A stretch of DNA of 64,000 nucleotides, from the NCBI RefSeq assembly GCF_009914755.1, contig NC_060944.1. One strand, given 5' to 3'. The notes beneath the pieces are model-generated. The model ran no database searches, was not told where the DNA came from, and saw only the letters and a program-made list of their open reading frames with translations. Below are positions 14,031 through 30,600 of the stretch, piece by piece. The position numbers and the translations under genes are program-made. This stretch comes from the human T2T-CHM13v2.0 reference genome, Homo sapiens. The stretch's first letter is position 1; each line of letters opens with the position of its first letter.

Positions 14031-14418
14031 CCAATAACATTATTCTAGGGACATCTGAAAAAATGTGTGAAAACTGCATTCTCTCTGTCAAGTAGCCTAA
14101 ATCTAGTTCACTGTTTGAAAATATTACACTAAAAGCTGGGGTTCTTTGGGGAGTCTGATAACTCCCTATTGTAAGATTTTGTGTGTTGGATTGTCCTTTT
14201 TTTTTTTTTTAGGGGATGAGGAGACCACACTTTCATAGGATTCTTCAAGAATTTTGTGATTTTAAAAAACTAATAACCACTTTCCTAAGGCATGACAGAT
14301 GCTCCTGAAGTCCTGGCAGGTTTCTATAATCGGGTTTAAACTCTCCTGGTGTGACACTGTCCTCCTGAGATAGAGGGATCTTTCCATGGGGGATTTACTG
14401 TGACTTAAGTAAGCTTAC

Positions 14419-14601
14419 CCAGCGGGAAAAGCCTTTGCCACACTTGGAGCATTTGTAAACAGTCGGGATGAAATTTGCATCGTGGTATTTCCTGAAGTGA
14501 GCGTTTAGAAGTTGCTTCTGTCGGAAACATTTATTGCAAGAAAGGCAGGTGAATGGTTTCTCTCCAGTGTGGGTACGAATGTGAGCGGTCATATGACGTT
14601 C
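14419..14601 (-). CDS. CTCFL: CTCFL exon 9 ([19 protein letters not shown]...GKGFSRW)
   Basis: cttag acceptor, gtaagc donor, C2H2 fingers with TGEKPF linker, 183 nt. Confidence 0.97.
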
Positions 14602-15097
14602 CTAAGAGGGAAGGGGAAGAAAGCAGCTTGTCTAGTTCAAAGGGTTTTCTCGATATTAGACACTGTTTATCATACAATACCTTTTATTTCCCTCCCCAAA
14701 GATGAGTCCACTATTAAGCAGAATTACTGCAAACACATTCTGAACAAGGCAGCATTCACTCTCAGTAAGTGGCCGCCTAGGAAACAAAACTCGTATGCAG
14801 CAGCAAGTGACAAAGGTCTTGCAGTGGATTCCTTGCTGGCTCTCCTGTCCTGTTGGGATGTGGGAGTACACACCGCAGGGCGTGAAAGGATGGTCCTTTG
14901 TCCTCTCATTACTGGGAGTCCTCCTTCTATACAACTATTTACAATTACCTGAATTTACAAAGGGCAAATAGAACCTGCAAACTTAAAAATCAAATGTCAG
15001 AGTTTAAATTCAGCAGACCTTTGGGGTTGCAAGTACCTTAAGTATCAACATTTTTCCATTTACTTCCCAATAGTATCGTAACAGATCTTAATACCGA

Positions 15098-15380
<283 letters not shown>

Positions 15381-15999
15381 TAGAGATTTTATCTTAGACA
15401 GGAGAAAATAATTTGGGAAATCAGGAAAAAAATATGTATGAAGTCAAGCAAAAGTACACATTTTGTTTTATTTAAAATGTGATGATTATTTGGATTAAAT
15501 ATATATTCGGCCATTTCTGCATTACTGTCAGTGGCCTAACTGATGCTCTTTCTTCTAATCTTTCTCTCACCCAATTCACTAAACACCCTCTTCCATGCAC
15601 AGCTTTCACCTCATCACCCTCCTTTGGGACAGCATCTCTGGCGCTCCCTGCTGGGAGCCTGACTCTCCAGGACCGCGGCAGCCAGGAGCACCCAGCAGTG
15701 CTCCAAGCCTCTGCCCACGGCCATGACCTGCCTGGCTGCTCTCTACTCCCACATACCTGCTGTATGCCTGCTCCAGGGCCCCTCATCCTTTCCAAGTCCT
15801 ATCCATCTTTCAGGAAGCCCTCCTAGTTCATTTGAATAAGTATGAGCCTGAGGCCTCAGAATATTCTTTGTTCAAAATCTACCAGAAAAACTCCTTTTCC
15901 CTTATTCAAAGCATTTACAGTTTACAGCCCACACTTCAAAACACACAGTAAGCACTGATTTTCACCTTTGGTAACCAATAGCATGCAATACTTTGAAGC

Positions 16000-18250
<2,251 letters not shown>

Positions 18251-18405
18251 AATGACTGGCTCACAGTTGCTTTCTGGTTATTCTGAATAGGCTACTCTAT
18301 TAAAAGCATGACTTTTCTCAGTATCTTCAAGGTGGTAGAGAATCCCACCCAGCCCTCCATTCTTCCATACACCACTGCCTCTCCAAATTAAGTAAAGTAC
18401 AATAC

Positions 18406-18566
18406 CTGCTTGCAGGCATAACTGCAGTGTTTGCACTTGAACCTCTTCTCATTCTTATGAGTTTTCTGGTGCTGAATGAGGGCATAGCGTTCATGGAAGA
18501 CAGCAGAACAGTAGCGGCATTTCAGCTCTGCAGCGCTGTAAGCATGCAAGTTGCGCATATGCACAC
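18406..18566 (-). CDS. CTCFL: CTCFL exon 8 ([10 protein letters not shown]...CSYACKQ)
   Basis: ttttag acceptor, gtattg donor, 161 nt. Confidence 0.97.
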
Positions 18567-18640
18567 CTAAAATGGTCACAGAACATTATATACTTCAAGA
18601 GTGTTGTTTTCTGTTAGCCTGCTTCCCCTCTCCTCTAAAC

Positions 18641-18860
18641 CGGGGTTTCTCAGCCTTGGCGCTGGAACATGCTAGTTCCTTCCTGGGCAGGGCAGGGTGG
18701 GCTATCCTGTGCATTGTAGGATGTTAAGCAGCATTCCTGGTGTCTGTCTACCAGATGCCAGCAGCACCTCTTTCTCCCCGGTTGTGAAAGCCAAAATACC
18801 TCTAGATATCACCGCCTGTCTTCTGGGTGGTAAAATCATTCTCAGCTGAGAACCACTGCT
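18641..18860. mobile_element. MER20-like
   Basis: gtttctcagccttggc...gcattgtaggatgtt...gagaaccactg. Confidence 0.75.
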
Positions 18861-19660
18861 TTAAACGAACAGAATGCTGAAATATCATTTTAATACTCTC
18901 GGTATGGAGTTAAATGTTATATAAGGTATGTCACACTGGACCTAAAATGTTCATTGAACAAAGCACTTTGAGAACTATTATGGGGTAGGTGAATTTTAGG
19001 ATGATGTTAAGGTGGTTTTATATAAAAAGATATAATATCTTTATTTTACCTTAAATAATCCACTCGTTGTTAGAAGTCAGTGCCCTGTTATTTCCTATGT
19101 TGAAATTAACCTGAGACACATGGTAAGGTCTGGCTGGGTTTGCTCATCTAAGTCTAAAGCATGATGGTCTTGTGATACTTGTGTAAGAAGCCAAATGACA
19201 ATGGACAGCTGTGTGATGGAGCTACTCCACCTTACCCACAGTGACTCAGACATTTAGAGAGCTTGATTTCTCATACAGTCATGGGAAGGAAGAATTAATG
19301 TGTTTATAAAGCATCTTATAGGGCTATGTGGAGTGTATCACCCACTGGCATGAGATGGATATAAACCATGTTACTTTGCCATGGTGTCAAAAAAGTCTAG
19401 CAACTGGCTAGACTTGTGCCCCACCAAGCCCCACTGGACTGTGTTTTGTGATGTGCTGGTATCTACGGCAACAATGACAGAATGGTCCAGATGAAAAATA
19501 AAAGTGAAGACTTTGTGGAACACCTTTCGCCTTTCAGAAAGGTTTTCAAAAAAATTCATCTCATCTCCAGAATCTCTTTGGGCAAAAGGGTCAAATTTTT
19601 TGTTCTGCTAACATATTTTTGTGTATCACAGTGTCATATATTTTGGAAAGAGAAATAAGA

Positions 19661-19686
19661 TCATGGAAAAGGGAGGCCCAGGAATC
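19661..19686 (-). CDS. CTCFL: Putative alternative terminal exon after exon 7 (RFLGLPFP*), 451-aa isoform
   Basis: strong acceptor cctcttctttgtttcag; AATAAA at 19040-19045. Confidence 0.5.
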
Positions 19687-20405
19687 CTGAAACAAAGAAG
19701 AGGCTCGTTCACTCACGCTTCCCACACCCTCCCTCCCATTGCTCAACACTGGCTGGCTTCCCCACAGGCAGTATCAAATCCCAGCTCCTAGGCCTGCTGT
19801 TCCAAGACCCTCTGGATTCCCTCTCCCACTCTGTGGGGTGTGACAGTTAAAAGGCTCACCGTGGTAGATGCGGATTACACGTTACAGGCCCGCCTCCTTT
19901 CCCGAAGTGACTGTCTTAAGGGGAAAACTGTGTCTTTTGAAACTTCTGCTTCCAAAACTTCTTAGGCCCACAGCCAGGGTTTAACAAAAGCTTGCTGGGT
20001 GCCATAGATAGAGCACTGATAAATAGGAACCCAGAATCCAGCCACCTCCTAGCACCCTTGGTTCGTATGACTCCCAGGCAGGTTACTCTATGTCTCTGAT
20101 CCCCAGTGTCCTCATCTGAAAAATAGGCCCAATGTGGAATGAAGTAATACCCATCTGTGAAAGGTCTTATCACGTGCATACGGAACAGGCCTGGGCCCGG
20201 ATTCTAAAAACATGCTATAAAATGCACTTATGAGATGCAGCCACCAGATGGTGCGACAGGACTTCTGGAAGAAAATTCGTCCCAGGGCCAAGTTCCCGAA
20301 GACCGGGCCTCCCAGTATCAGGGCCAGTACTTTGCAGGTTTATAGGACCACGCTCCAAAGAGCCAGCAAATGCTGTAGTAAAAGAAAGATCGCTAAACCA
20401 CTCAC

Positions 20406-20555
20406 GTAGGTCGCTTTTCCGTGCAATGATGGTGGCACAATGGGGACACTGGTATTTGGGGACATTTTCGCCGTGTTTCTGCAGAATATGTATTTTCATG
20501 GTCCCGCTCTGGGTGAAGCGGGTGTGGCAGATGTGGCATTCGTAAGGCTTCTCAC
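20406..20555 (-). CDS. CTCFL: CTCFL exon 7 ([14 protein letters not shown]...ARKSDL)
   Basis: ctcag acceptor, gtgagt donor, 150 nt (symmetric, skippable in frame). Confidence 0.97.
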
Positions 20556-20931
20556 CTGAGATGCAGACAACAAAGTGATTCCCCCTCCAGGCCTGATCCT
20601 TGCCAAAGGCCACCTGTGCTGAAAGTGTTTTTTTTTTTGCCCCAAGCCTCCTTTATCAACCCCCTTCTCACCGGACAACCCCCAATTAGTATGAGACTCC
20701 CAAATCAAGCCCAGACAGCTTATGTCAAGTACAGCTGTGTCCATGATGGACCAGAGACATGACTTCCCCGCATCTGGTGGCTACGCAAGAGTTCAAGGTG
20801 GTTCACATCCATGGGGCTGTACGAATAACCAAGAAGTACACATAAATGTATTCTTAACACAAGACATCAAGTACCTCTGTTACAAAAGCAGCACACTTTA
20901 TGTTTTGCCTTAAAGTTGAAGAATGAATTAA

Positions 20932-21270
<339 letters not shown>

Positions 21271-21428
21271 TAAATACCTGAAAAATCTACGGAAGCAAAT
21301 ACTTTGTGTTTTACTCCACACAGTGGGGTTGTGGCACAGTATCTATGCAGACTCTCTTACTGCTAAATAAAGGTAAAAGTACAGATCAAGATTCTTTTAT
21401 CATGAAGGCACGCAAAAATCCACTTTTA

Positions 21429-21647
<219 letters not shown>

Positions 21648-21977
21648 CTAATAAATACATAAATGATGTTCGTTGCAATAGAAACTAAAAAATGGCAGAG
21701 TCTTCCATTAATCAGCATTGTAAAAGAGATTTAAATTAATCATATTTTAACATCAGAGCACCAGAGCATATTTCACTCACTGAAAAAACATGAAAAAGTC
21801 ATCACTTTTGATCATCTGTTATGGGTGATTTTATCTCATTTGATGTGTGTGTGTATAAGCTCCTTTAGGGAAAATGAGCAGCAGTTCTGAGAGACTTTCG
21901 CGTTCACCTTCACTTTAAGCCTACCTGCCAAATGCCATACAAGATTTTGTTTTCATTTCTAAGGCAATATATGCTCA

Positions 21978-22385
<408 letters not shown>

Positions 22386-23099
22386 CTAGCTCTTTAATGG
22401 AGGAACATCTGTATGTCTTGCCTCATGGTCACAAGTCCTGCAGACTCCACCCTGGCTGGCCCCACAGTAACAGTGTGAGTGGAGGAAGGTGTCCCTGGCT
22501 ATTCAGCATTGGTGCCATGTGACAGCAGGTTCCTAAGAAGAATTAAGTTTTAAGTAGAAGAAATTAAATTCTAATTTGAGTAATTATGTATCCCAGGCAA
22601 TCAGTTAAATAGCAAACAACATAATACCTCCCATTTGAGCATTCACTGCCTGACTCGTTGATTGCCTTCTAGAACTATTCTTATTCTGTATTCGTGTATC
22701 ACAGGCCCTTATCTACTGCTAGCAGGAAATGGGGGCATCAGCTACACGTGGACTACAGACATCAGGAAGCTGCATCAGTCCTGCTGGTGACCCAGGGATG
22801 CCACACTCCATCTGCCTCCCCAGTAAGTGATGAGCGCACAGAAGCCTAAGGAACACTCGAGAACAAAAGAAAGCTTAGAATGGAAAACAACAGCCAAGCC
22901 AAAAAATTTCACTTAGGTTTTCAGAAGAAAAGTGAATGCCTTCAAGTATATTAGAAAGCAAAACAAAAAGAATTTTAAAAACTGTATAGCATGAAAGTTT
23001 TGAGGAGGATAAGTGGTGTGAATGAGCAAAGAAGGCCATTAAAAAAGACTCTGGATGACTCTTAAAGGTGGGATGGGAGGACAATGGGAGTTCAAATGC

Positions 23100-23393
23100 T
23101 TTTTTTTTTTTTTTTTTGGAGACGGTGTCTCACTCTCGTCCAGACTGGAGTGCGCGATTTCAGCTCACTGGAACCTCTGCTTCCCAAGTTCAAGTGATTT
23201 TCCTGCCTCAGCCTCCTGAGTAGCTAGGACTACAGGCATGTGCCACCACACCTGGCTAATTTTTTGTATTTTTAGTAGAGACAGGGTTTCACCATGTTGG
23301 CCAGGCTGGTTTTGAACTCCTGACCTCAAGCAATACGCTCACCTTGGCCTCCCAAAGTGCTGGGATTGCAGGCGTGAGCCACCGCGCCCGGCC
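23100..23393 (-). mobile_element. Alu (AluS-like)
   Basis: poly-T plus reverse Alu. Confidence 0.9.
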
Positions 23394-24573
23394 AATTCAA
23401 AAGCTTTTTTAAAAAAAGGGGCACATCTGCACCACAGCTTTGATACGTTCCTGCTGCCATTTTTGTCACGGGATGGGATGAGGGAACAAACAAGCATGGC
23501 AAGACTTGAGGAGACTGCAAAAATGGGGGGCTATGGCAGCAATAGAGACCCCTGTGCTGAGGCTACCCCCCACAGGCTGCGTGCAGACCACTGGCACTGG
23601 GGGAGGGTCTCGTGGACCTAGGAAGTTTGTACTAAGCACCGGCAGGACACCAACAAAAAGTCCACTCCAGGCTTAGGATCCCCAGGTGACTCTGTTCCCT
23701 GATCCCTCCATTTTGCATTCTCATACTACAATCACAACCTTTAACTCAGATGAGAAATAATTTTTTTAAAAATAGTAACAGCAGAAAAAAGTTCTTGGAA
23801 TCAAATTCTGACCCTAACCATGAAATTTCCCAATTTGTGAAACCCGGCTGCACTGTTACTATATTTAATCATCAGCTGTTCCCTTTAACTTAGTTCCATT
23901 TGGGTGTACTGTTGACCCAGTCCCGACCAGGCTCAAAACCGGGCCTCAGCCTGTTTCCCAGCACACAGTGAGACCCTGACAATTAACTGGTGGAAACTGG
24001 TACTGACTAGTAAAAGCAGTGCTCTGCCTGTTTCACGTGAGTACCGCCAAACCTGTTAGAAGGTACAAATAAAGCAAATTAATTAAAATGACTACGGCAC
24101 ACCTGAAGTTTGAAAAGGGTGGTCTCTCTGTAATTAAAAACAGAAACGTCTACGCTTAAATCTTCGAGCAAGCTGCTTTGTATCTAATCAAGCTCAAAAA
24201 TTTCAGCCAACATTGAGATTGGATCTGCATTCTACGTTAGAGCAAATACATTTTGATTTTGTGGCCCAGAGTACTAGATAAAATGCAGAACTTTTAAACA
24301 AATCTGGGACTTATTTCTTGACCACAGATGGTTTATTTGTAATTTGTAAACCTTTACATATTATTTTCACTAATTAGTAATCAAAGAAACAAAGAAATCC
24401 AATTTTCTATTTTAACTTCATAAAAGAGAATGCATATTATTTCCTGCATAAATTTTATATGAATAATAAAAAGCCTGTTTGTAACAGATTCTACTGTTAG
24501 TTACACTTGGAGTAACTTGTACAGCAGCCTCTACTAAGATGCCATGAAGCTTCAAGTCCAAGAATGGCTTTAC

Positions 24574-24707
24574 CTCCACACTGGCATACTTGCACATGGA
24601 ACATTTAAAGGGTTTCTCATGAGTATGTTTATAGCGCCTGTGTCGGACGAGTTCTCCACTGGTGACAAATGCCATGTTGCAGTCGTTACACTTGTAGGGC
24701 CTGGTTC
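24574..24707 (-). CDS. CTCFL: CTCFL exon 5 ([10 protein letters not shown]...KYASVE)
   Basis: tttacag acceptor, gtaaag donor, 134 nt. Confidence 0.97.
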
Positions 24708-25022
24708 CTGTAAAATCACATAGTTCATACTTTCAAAACAAGACTTAACCAGAAACATTCCAAGGAATTCATAGCTTTTTAATTACACTCAGTCTCAAAA
24801 ATGCTTTAAAAATTAAGAAGAGGCTCCTTAAACTATAAATACCACAGATGCATGTGAGAAAAATCTTTGTAACAGTATTTTTAATGGAAATTCAAGAAAA
24901 AGAAGACAAAACTAAAGTATAAAATGTTACACGATTCTACTGTAGAAACAGGTGGATTCACATTCTTAACATAAGCCTTAACACACATCATTCCAGAGAA
25001 ACAGCCTTCCCGGCAGTTTTAC

Positions 25023-25193
25023 CTGTGTGGGTGTTAACATGGTTCCGCAGCAGAGTGACCGTACGGAAGGTTTTCAGGCAGAGGTGACACAGGTGAGGCT
25101 TCTCACTGGTGTGAGTTTTCATATGACGATTAAAACTTGACATTCTAGAAGAGGTGAACATGCAGACATCACAGTGGAAGGTTCCTTTTGCTC
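25023..25193 (-). CDS. CTCFL: CTCFL exon 4 ([11 protein letters not shown]...RNHVNTHT), ZF1-2
   Basis: cctatag acceptor, gtaaaa donor, 171 nt; missed by the ORF track, translated manually. Confidence 0.97.
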
Positions 25194-25659
25194 CTATAGG
25201 CAGGAAATAGTTTATGTATTTGTTAGAGGTTCAAATTCCATTTAAATACTTGAAAGTAAATCAGCACATCGTCCTTTCAACTAACGTGGGAACTGAACAA
25301 TAGCACATGCTATTTATATCCACAAGCTGATCGAAGCAATTCAGGACACCATGTTCCTGGATAATGAACAATGCATTTTCGCTGTTTCAAGATGGGCCGA
25401 TGTCTGTTTCTGGGCACAGAGTGGACTAGGTACTCTGCTCATCCTTCTTGCTGAGAAAAACAATGCTAGGGAGGAGATGCCTGAACATTTCAGAATGTCT
25501 TGTAGACCTAAGGAGAGATGAGAAAAGGCACACCGCCTACCTGAAGTGGGGCGCCCAAGAAATGTGGCCCTGCATTCCCTGTAGGGTGAACTAAAGATAA
25601 CCCGCCCCATCTCTGCATCCTTCTCTCTAGCCAGGGGACTGCAAGAAAAACCATCTAGA

Positions 25660-25880
25660 ATGGTGCCATCCAAAACCACAGCCATAAGTCATGTGTGACT
25701 CTTAAATTTGGACTTAAACTAATTAAAATTAAATATAATTGAACATTTAGTTCCTCTGTTGTAAGCCACATTTCAACTGCCCAAAGGCCACATGGAGATA
25801 GTGGCCACCGTACTGAACAGGGCAGATAAAGACCATTTCCATCAGCAAAAGAAGTTCTCTTGGATGATGCTGGTCTAGCA
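25660..25880. mobile_element. MER33/MER3-like fragment
   Basis: agccacatttcaa...agtggccaccgtactg...catttccatca. Confidence 0.6.
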
Positions 25881-26449
25881 CTGATGGAGAGGTGAAAACA
25901 TTTGCCCTAAGGAGATGGCTCCAAAGAGGGAAGGTGGCCCCAGTGAGCATGTCCTGGGTGGTTCTAACAGTAACCCTTGGGGGATCTGGTTTAAGACAGT
26001 TTTTGACCATCACTGCCTGGCAGAAATTAATATATACCATCCCTTGAAGAACCCACTTTCACCCCAGGCTTCAAGGGATTCCCATAGATAACAGTAAAAA
26101 GAACCAATCAGCTCACAGTGATAAATAAGATGCCAGTGCAAGGGCAGCGGAAACAAACAGAAGACTCAGACCTACAAAGACTTCAGATGTTGGAATCATC
26201 AAATACAGAATATAGCTGAGTTGTTATTCTCAAAATCCATCCCTCCATAAAAGCAATGAAAACAACTGGCAAAAAAATGTCACAAGCAACTTTTTCAGGA
26301 CACTGGAAACTAACTGGAAGCTTCCAGCAACCAGGGGAAACAATTTAAAAAATCTAGCTGATTCTCAGTAAAAAAGAGAGCTTGGTGGAATTCTAACTTA
26401 TTCCGGTTCCATTCTCTGCTCCCTAGCTCAGGGGTGGCCTTGAAAATAA

Positions 26450-27860
26450 CAATCCAAGCTATATTAACAGAATGATGAAAAAAACAACAACACAAGATCA
26501 TCTCAATAGATGCAGAAAAAGCATTTCATAAATCCAACACCGTTTTCTTGATAAAATACTCAACAAACTTGGAATAGAAGGTTTATGGGTTGAGTTGTGA
26601 CCCCTGCAAAAATACATGAAGTCCTCATGCCAGATACCTGTGAATGTGATCTTATGTGCAGAAAGGGTCTTTGCAGATGCAATCAAGCTAAGCTGAGGTC
26701 ATGCTGGATGAAGGTGGGTCATAAGCCAGTATGACTGGTGTCCTTATAAGAAGAGGAAAAGAGATGTAGAGACATACAGGAATAATTCCATGTGATAACA
26801 GAGGCAGAGATTGGAGGAGTAATGCATCTGCAAGCCAATGAATGGCACGACTGCTGGCAATATCAAAAGCTAAGAGAAAGGCATGAAATATATTCTCCCC
26901 GACAGCCTTGCAAGAGAGCATGGCTTTGCCAACACCTCAATTTCACACTCGTAGCTTCCACAACTGTGAGAGGTATGTTTCTGTTGTTTGAAGCCACTCA
27001 GTTTGTGGCACTTTGTCATGGCGTCCCTGGGAAGCTAACACAGTGCCAGTTAAAAATGGGCCAAAGATTTGAATAGCCATTTTTTCCAAAGAAGATACGT
27101 AAGTGACCAATGAAAACATGAGGAGATAGTCAACACCTTTCGTCATTAGAGAAATGGAAACCAAAACTACAACGAGATACCTCTTCACACCTGCTAGGAT
27201 GGCTATAATTAAACAATAACAACAAATGGAAAACAAGCGTTGGTGAGGATGTGGAGAAACTGGAAGCTACACACACTGCTGGTGCAAATTCAAATTGGTG
27301 CAGCTGCTATGGAAAATAGTGTGGTAGCTCCTCAAAAAATTAAACATAGAGTAACCACACCATCCAGCAATTCCACTCCTAAGTATATACGCAAAAGAAC
27401 TGGAAACAGGTGCTCAAACAAAAAACTTGTACACAGATGGTCATAAGAACACCATTCACACTTGCTGAAAGGTGGACACAATTGCAGTGTGCATCAGTGA
27501 ATGAAGGGATAAATAAAATGTGCTATACCCATACAGGGATTATTACTTAGCCATTAAAAACGAATGAAGCGCTGACACATACTACAATACCAACAAACCC
27601 TGCAAACATGATGCTAAGCTCAAGAATCTAGACACGAAAGGCACATGGTATACATATATGATTCAACTTCTGGAAAATGTCCAGAACAGGAAAATCTACG
27701 GAAACAAAAAGTAAATTAGTGGTAGCCAGGGGCTAGGAGGAACAGAGTAGGAAGTGACTGCCTAATCGGTACAGGCCTCTTATTGGGGTGATAAAAATAT
27801 TCTGGAATTTAGACAGTGTTGATGGGTCTACAAATTTGAATATATCAAAAACCTAAAAAT
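26450..27860 (+). mobile_element. Old L1 fragments interrupted by an MLT1 LTR (~26583-27045)
   Basis: atcatctcaatagatgcagaaaaagcattt (L1 ORF2) and L1M 3'UTR motifs; MLT1 3' block tgtttgaagccactcagtttgtgg. Confidence 0.75.
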
Positions 27861-28882
27861 GAGCTAGAAATTGTAAAACTTGGGGTGCAAAGCTCTTGAT
27901 TTAAACATATGAGAAACTACTATGTACCAAAAGGCTGCAAACTCAACCACCTATGGAAGGCAGAGGCAAGAAACCTAAGTGAAGGGCCCTGACCACATGT
28001 AAGAATGGGGTGGTGGTGGCAGTGTTTGGTTGGCATTCTCCTTTTCTAAACTGAGTCACCTTCCAATCCCAGGCACCTGATGCCAGGAGGAAGGAAAACT
28101 GTGCCAAGTGTTGCCAGATATAATTTAAAAGAGCTAGAAATTGAAATTTTGGGGGTGAAATATGTTGATTTAAATAAGTGAGAAACTAATATTTTTAAAA
28201 AATAAGCCAAACAAATTATTTTCATAGGACAAATTCATCCTGTGGGCTGCTGGAATGAAATCTCAGTTTAATATGGCTTTAATATTGCTTCAGGGTCTTC
28301 CTAATCTGGACCCATCCACCTCTCTGAGCACCCACCCAGCTCTACAGACACAGTAGAGCTCTCCACCCTCAGATACAAAGTAAATACTTCCAGAGCTACA
28401 CGCCCAGACCACTTCCTAGTACTTGGAATCCTGATCCCCATCTTAGTGGCTTCTTTGTCCTGGACTCACCTAAATATCACCTCCCTTAGAAGGCACCCTC
28501 TACGGCTTCCTGAAGGAGGAATCACTCCTTCTCTTGGCCCTGAAGCACACGAGGCCTCACCACCTGTCCTGTAATGACTTGTCCCCCATATCCCTCTGGG
28601 GCTGCAAACTAGGCAGCAGAGACCAGGGCTTGGTCTTCTATGCTTACGTGCACAAGGCTTTGTGGGAACATTTTTACTGTGCTTTCAAAACGTTTGTGTG
28701 TAAAGTGCAAAACCCTTCTGGATTTGATTCACAATACAGAACATTAGTTTAAAATTTCTCCCATTTCCTGACATTTTGAAAGTAAAAGTCAACCACTTAA
28801 AACTTCAATTACCATCACCTGCCCATAAAGAAAACAGCAGCCCAGTTTTAGGGAGTGTATTCTATGAGATGAACTGGCCTAC

Positions 28883-29093
28883 CCTTTGTCTTTCTTTGAT
28901 TTTTTGTAGATTTGGCCTTTTCAGCATCTGCTTGACCAGCTGTAGGTTGATCCTCTTGTTCTTCCACATTTGAATTTGAAACTGTGAGAACAATTTCGTC
29001 ACTTCTTTCATCTCCTGACATTGTTTCCACAAAAAAGAGCTGCTCCTTTGTTCTTTCAGCCAATAACTGGTTCTTCTCCTGCTCTTCCTCGAG
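28883..29093 (-). CDS. CTCFL: CTCFL exon 3 (LEEEQEKNQLLAE...QRKTK)
   Basis: ttattag acceptor, gtaggc donor, 211 nt. Confidence 0.97.
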
Positions 29094-29477
29094 CTAATAA
29101 ACAACAAATATTCAAATATGATACTATTGATTTCAGTATAATTAGACTTTTGCCTGGATGAAGCACAGAATACAAAAAGAAAAGCCAAAGTGGAAGATTA
29201 TGCATCACAATGTTAATTATTTCGCATCAGGGTTGTGGCAGTGAAACTTAACACTTTTTTTTAAAACATAATGCGCCTTACACTATTCCAATTAGCACCA
29301 CTTTTAAAACTCTTTTTTAAAAAAGAACCTAAGAACTCTCAAGATTTTCCTGGGAAGTATTTGTACTGTCTTTAATTTGCAACTGCAAAATACCTTGTCC
29401 AGACATAATATTGCATAAAAGCCGACTTGAATTTTTTCTTTTTCATGTAAGGGGTTGTTTATTAAAACCAGCTGTAC

Positions 29478-30020
29478 CTTGATCAGTCCAGCAGTTTCAG
29501 CCAGGCTCACCGCTAACTTACTGTCTTCACTGGCCACCATCACATTCTCCTCTAGAGCGTGGAACTGCAACACCTCCATCTCTTGCGGGGAGTACAGCTC
29601 TTGCTGGATACTAATGGCCACACACTGCTGCAGGCTCTGCCGGGGCCCTTCCTCAAGCCACAGCAACCCAGGGCCAGGCTGTTGCACCACCACCTGCACC
29701 CCTTCTTGCTGCTGTATGCTCAGCAAGCTCATATCCTGCAACTCCACAGCTTCAGAAGTGAAGTGCACCGTCTGCAGGGTCAGGATGTACTTCTCGCTCT
29801 CCTCCGAGGGGGCCAGCACCAGCTCCACTTCTTCCTCCAGGACGCTGTCCTGGAAGGCCCCAGAGGTACGCTGGGCCTCCAACTCACTAGGGCTCCGATG
29901 GTCTTTCTCTCTGCACACTCCGTCTTTTTCCTCCTCCTTCAGGCCTTTTTCCGGCATCAACTCGAGTTCTTTGATCTTGGTGAATTGCTCAGAAAGGACA
30001 GAGATCTCAGTGGCTGCCAT
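29478..30020 (-). CDS. CTCFL: CTCFL exon 2, first coding exon (MAATEISVLSEQFTKIKELE...AGLIK); exon acceptor at 30031
   Basis: Recognised BORIS N-terminus; 543 nt; gtacag donor. Confidence 0.98.
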
Positions 30021-30269
30021 AATGACTTGGCCTGTTTGAAAAATAAGCAAGCGGTTTCCATAGAGGGGAGAAGGGGGTGGTATGAGGAGGGATGCGGGGG
30101 GTGCTGGAACCTAGCAGGCTTTGGAGTTGAAACAAGGTCTGGCCTCAAAAGGTTTTGGACTTAGTAGGGTCAGAACAATGCTGATCTGGCTTGGGTCTAG
30201 GAGGGGGTCAAGGCTAAGCAGGATTTAGGCTAAAGCAGGATTTTGTACAAAACCCTAGAACGAACAGGT

Positions 30270-30600
30270 TTGGGCCTCAGCAGGCTTAGGGCCAGCACAC
30301 ATCCTGCGCCTGGCAAGGTTCCGCCTGAGCACACTCTGGCCCAGTGCATATCCTGGGCCTAGCAAGGTTAGGCCTGAGCCGGTTCAGTCAGTGAACATCC
30401 TGGGCCTAGTAAGGTTTGGGCCCAGCAGGCTCTCGGCCAGTGCACATCCTGGGCCTAGCAAGTTTCAGGTCCAAGCAGGCCCCGGGCCAGTGCACACCCT
30501 GCGCCCAGCGAGGTTCGGGCCCGAGCAGGCATTCCCCTCGTGCACGGTTCTAGACCTAGCACCCTCAGAGCCAGGCAGGCTTTGGGCCTAGTGGCCTCGA
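30270..30600. repeat. Degenerate ~49-50 bp minisatellite in intron 1
   Basis: (c/t)a(t/c)cctg(g/c)gcc recurs at ~30300, 30349, 30396, 30445, 30495. Confidence 0.8.

Noticed and set aside
29455-30164. 194-aa and 201-aa ORFs on the + strand
   Set aside because: Antisense shadows of CTCFL exon 2.
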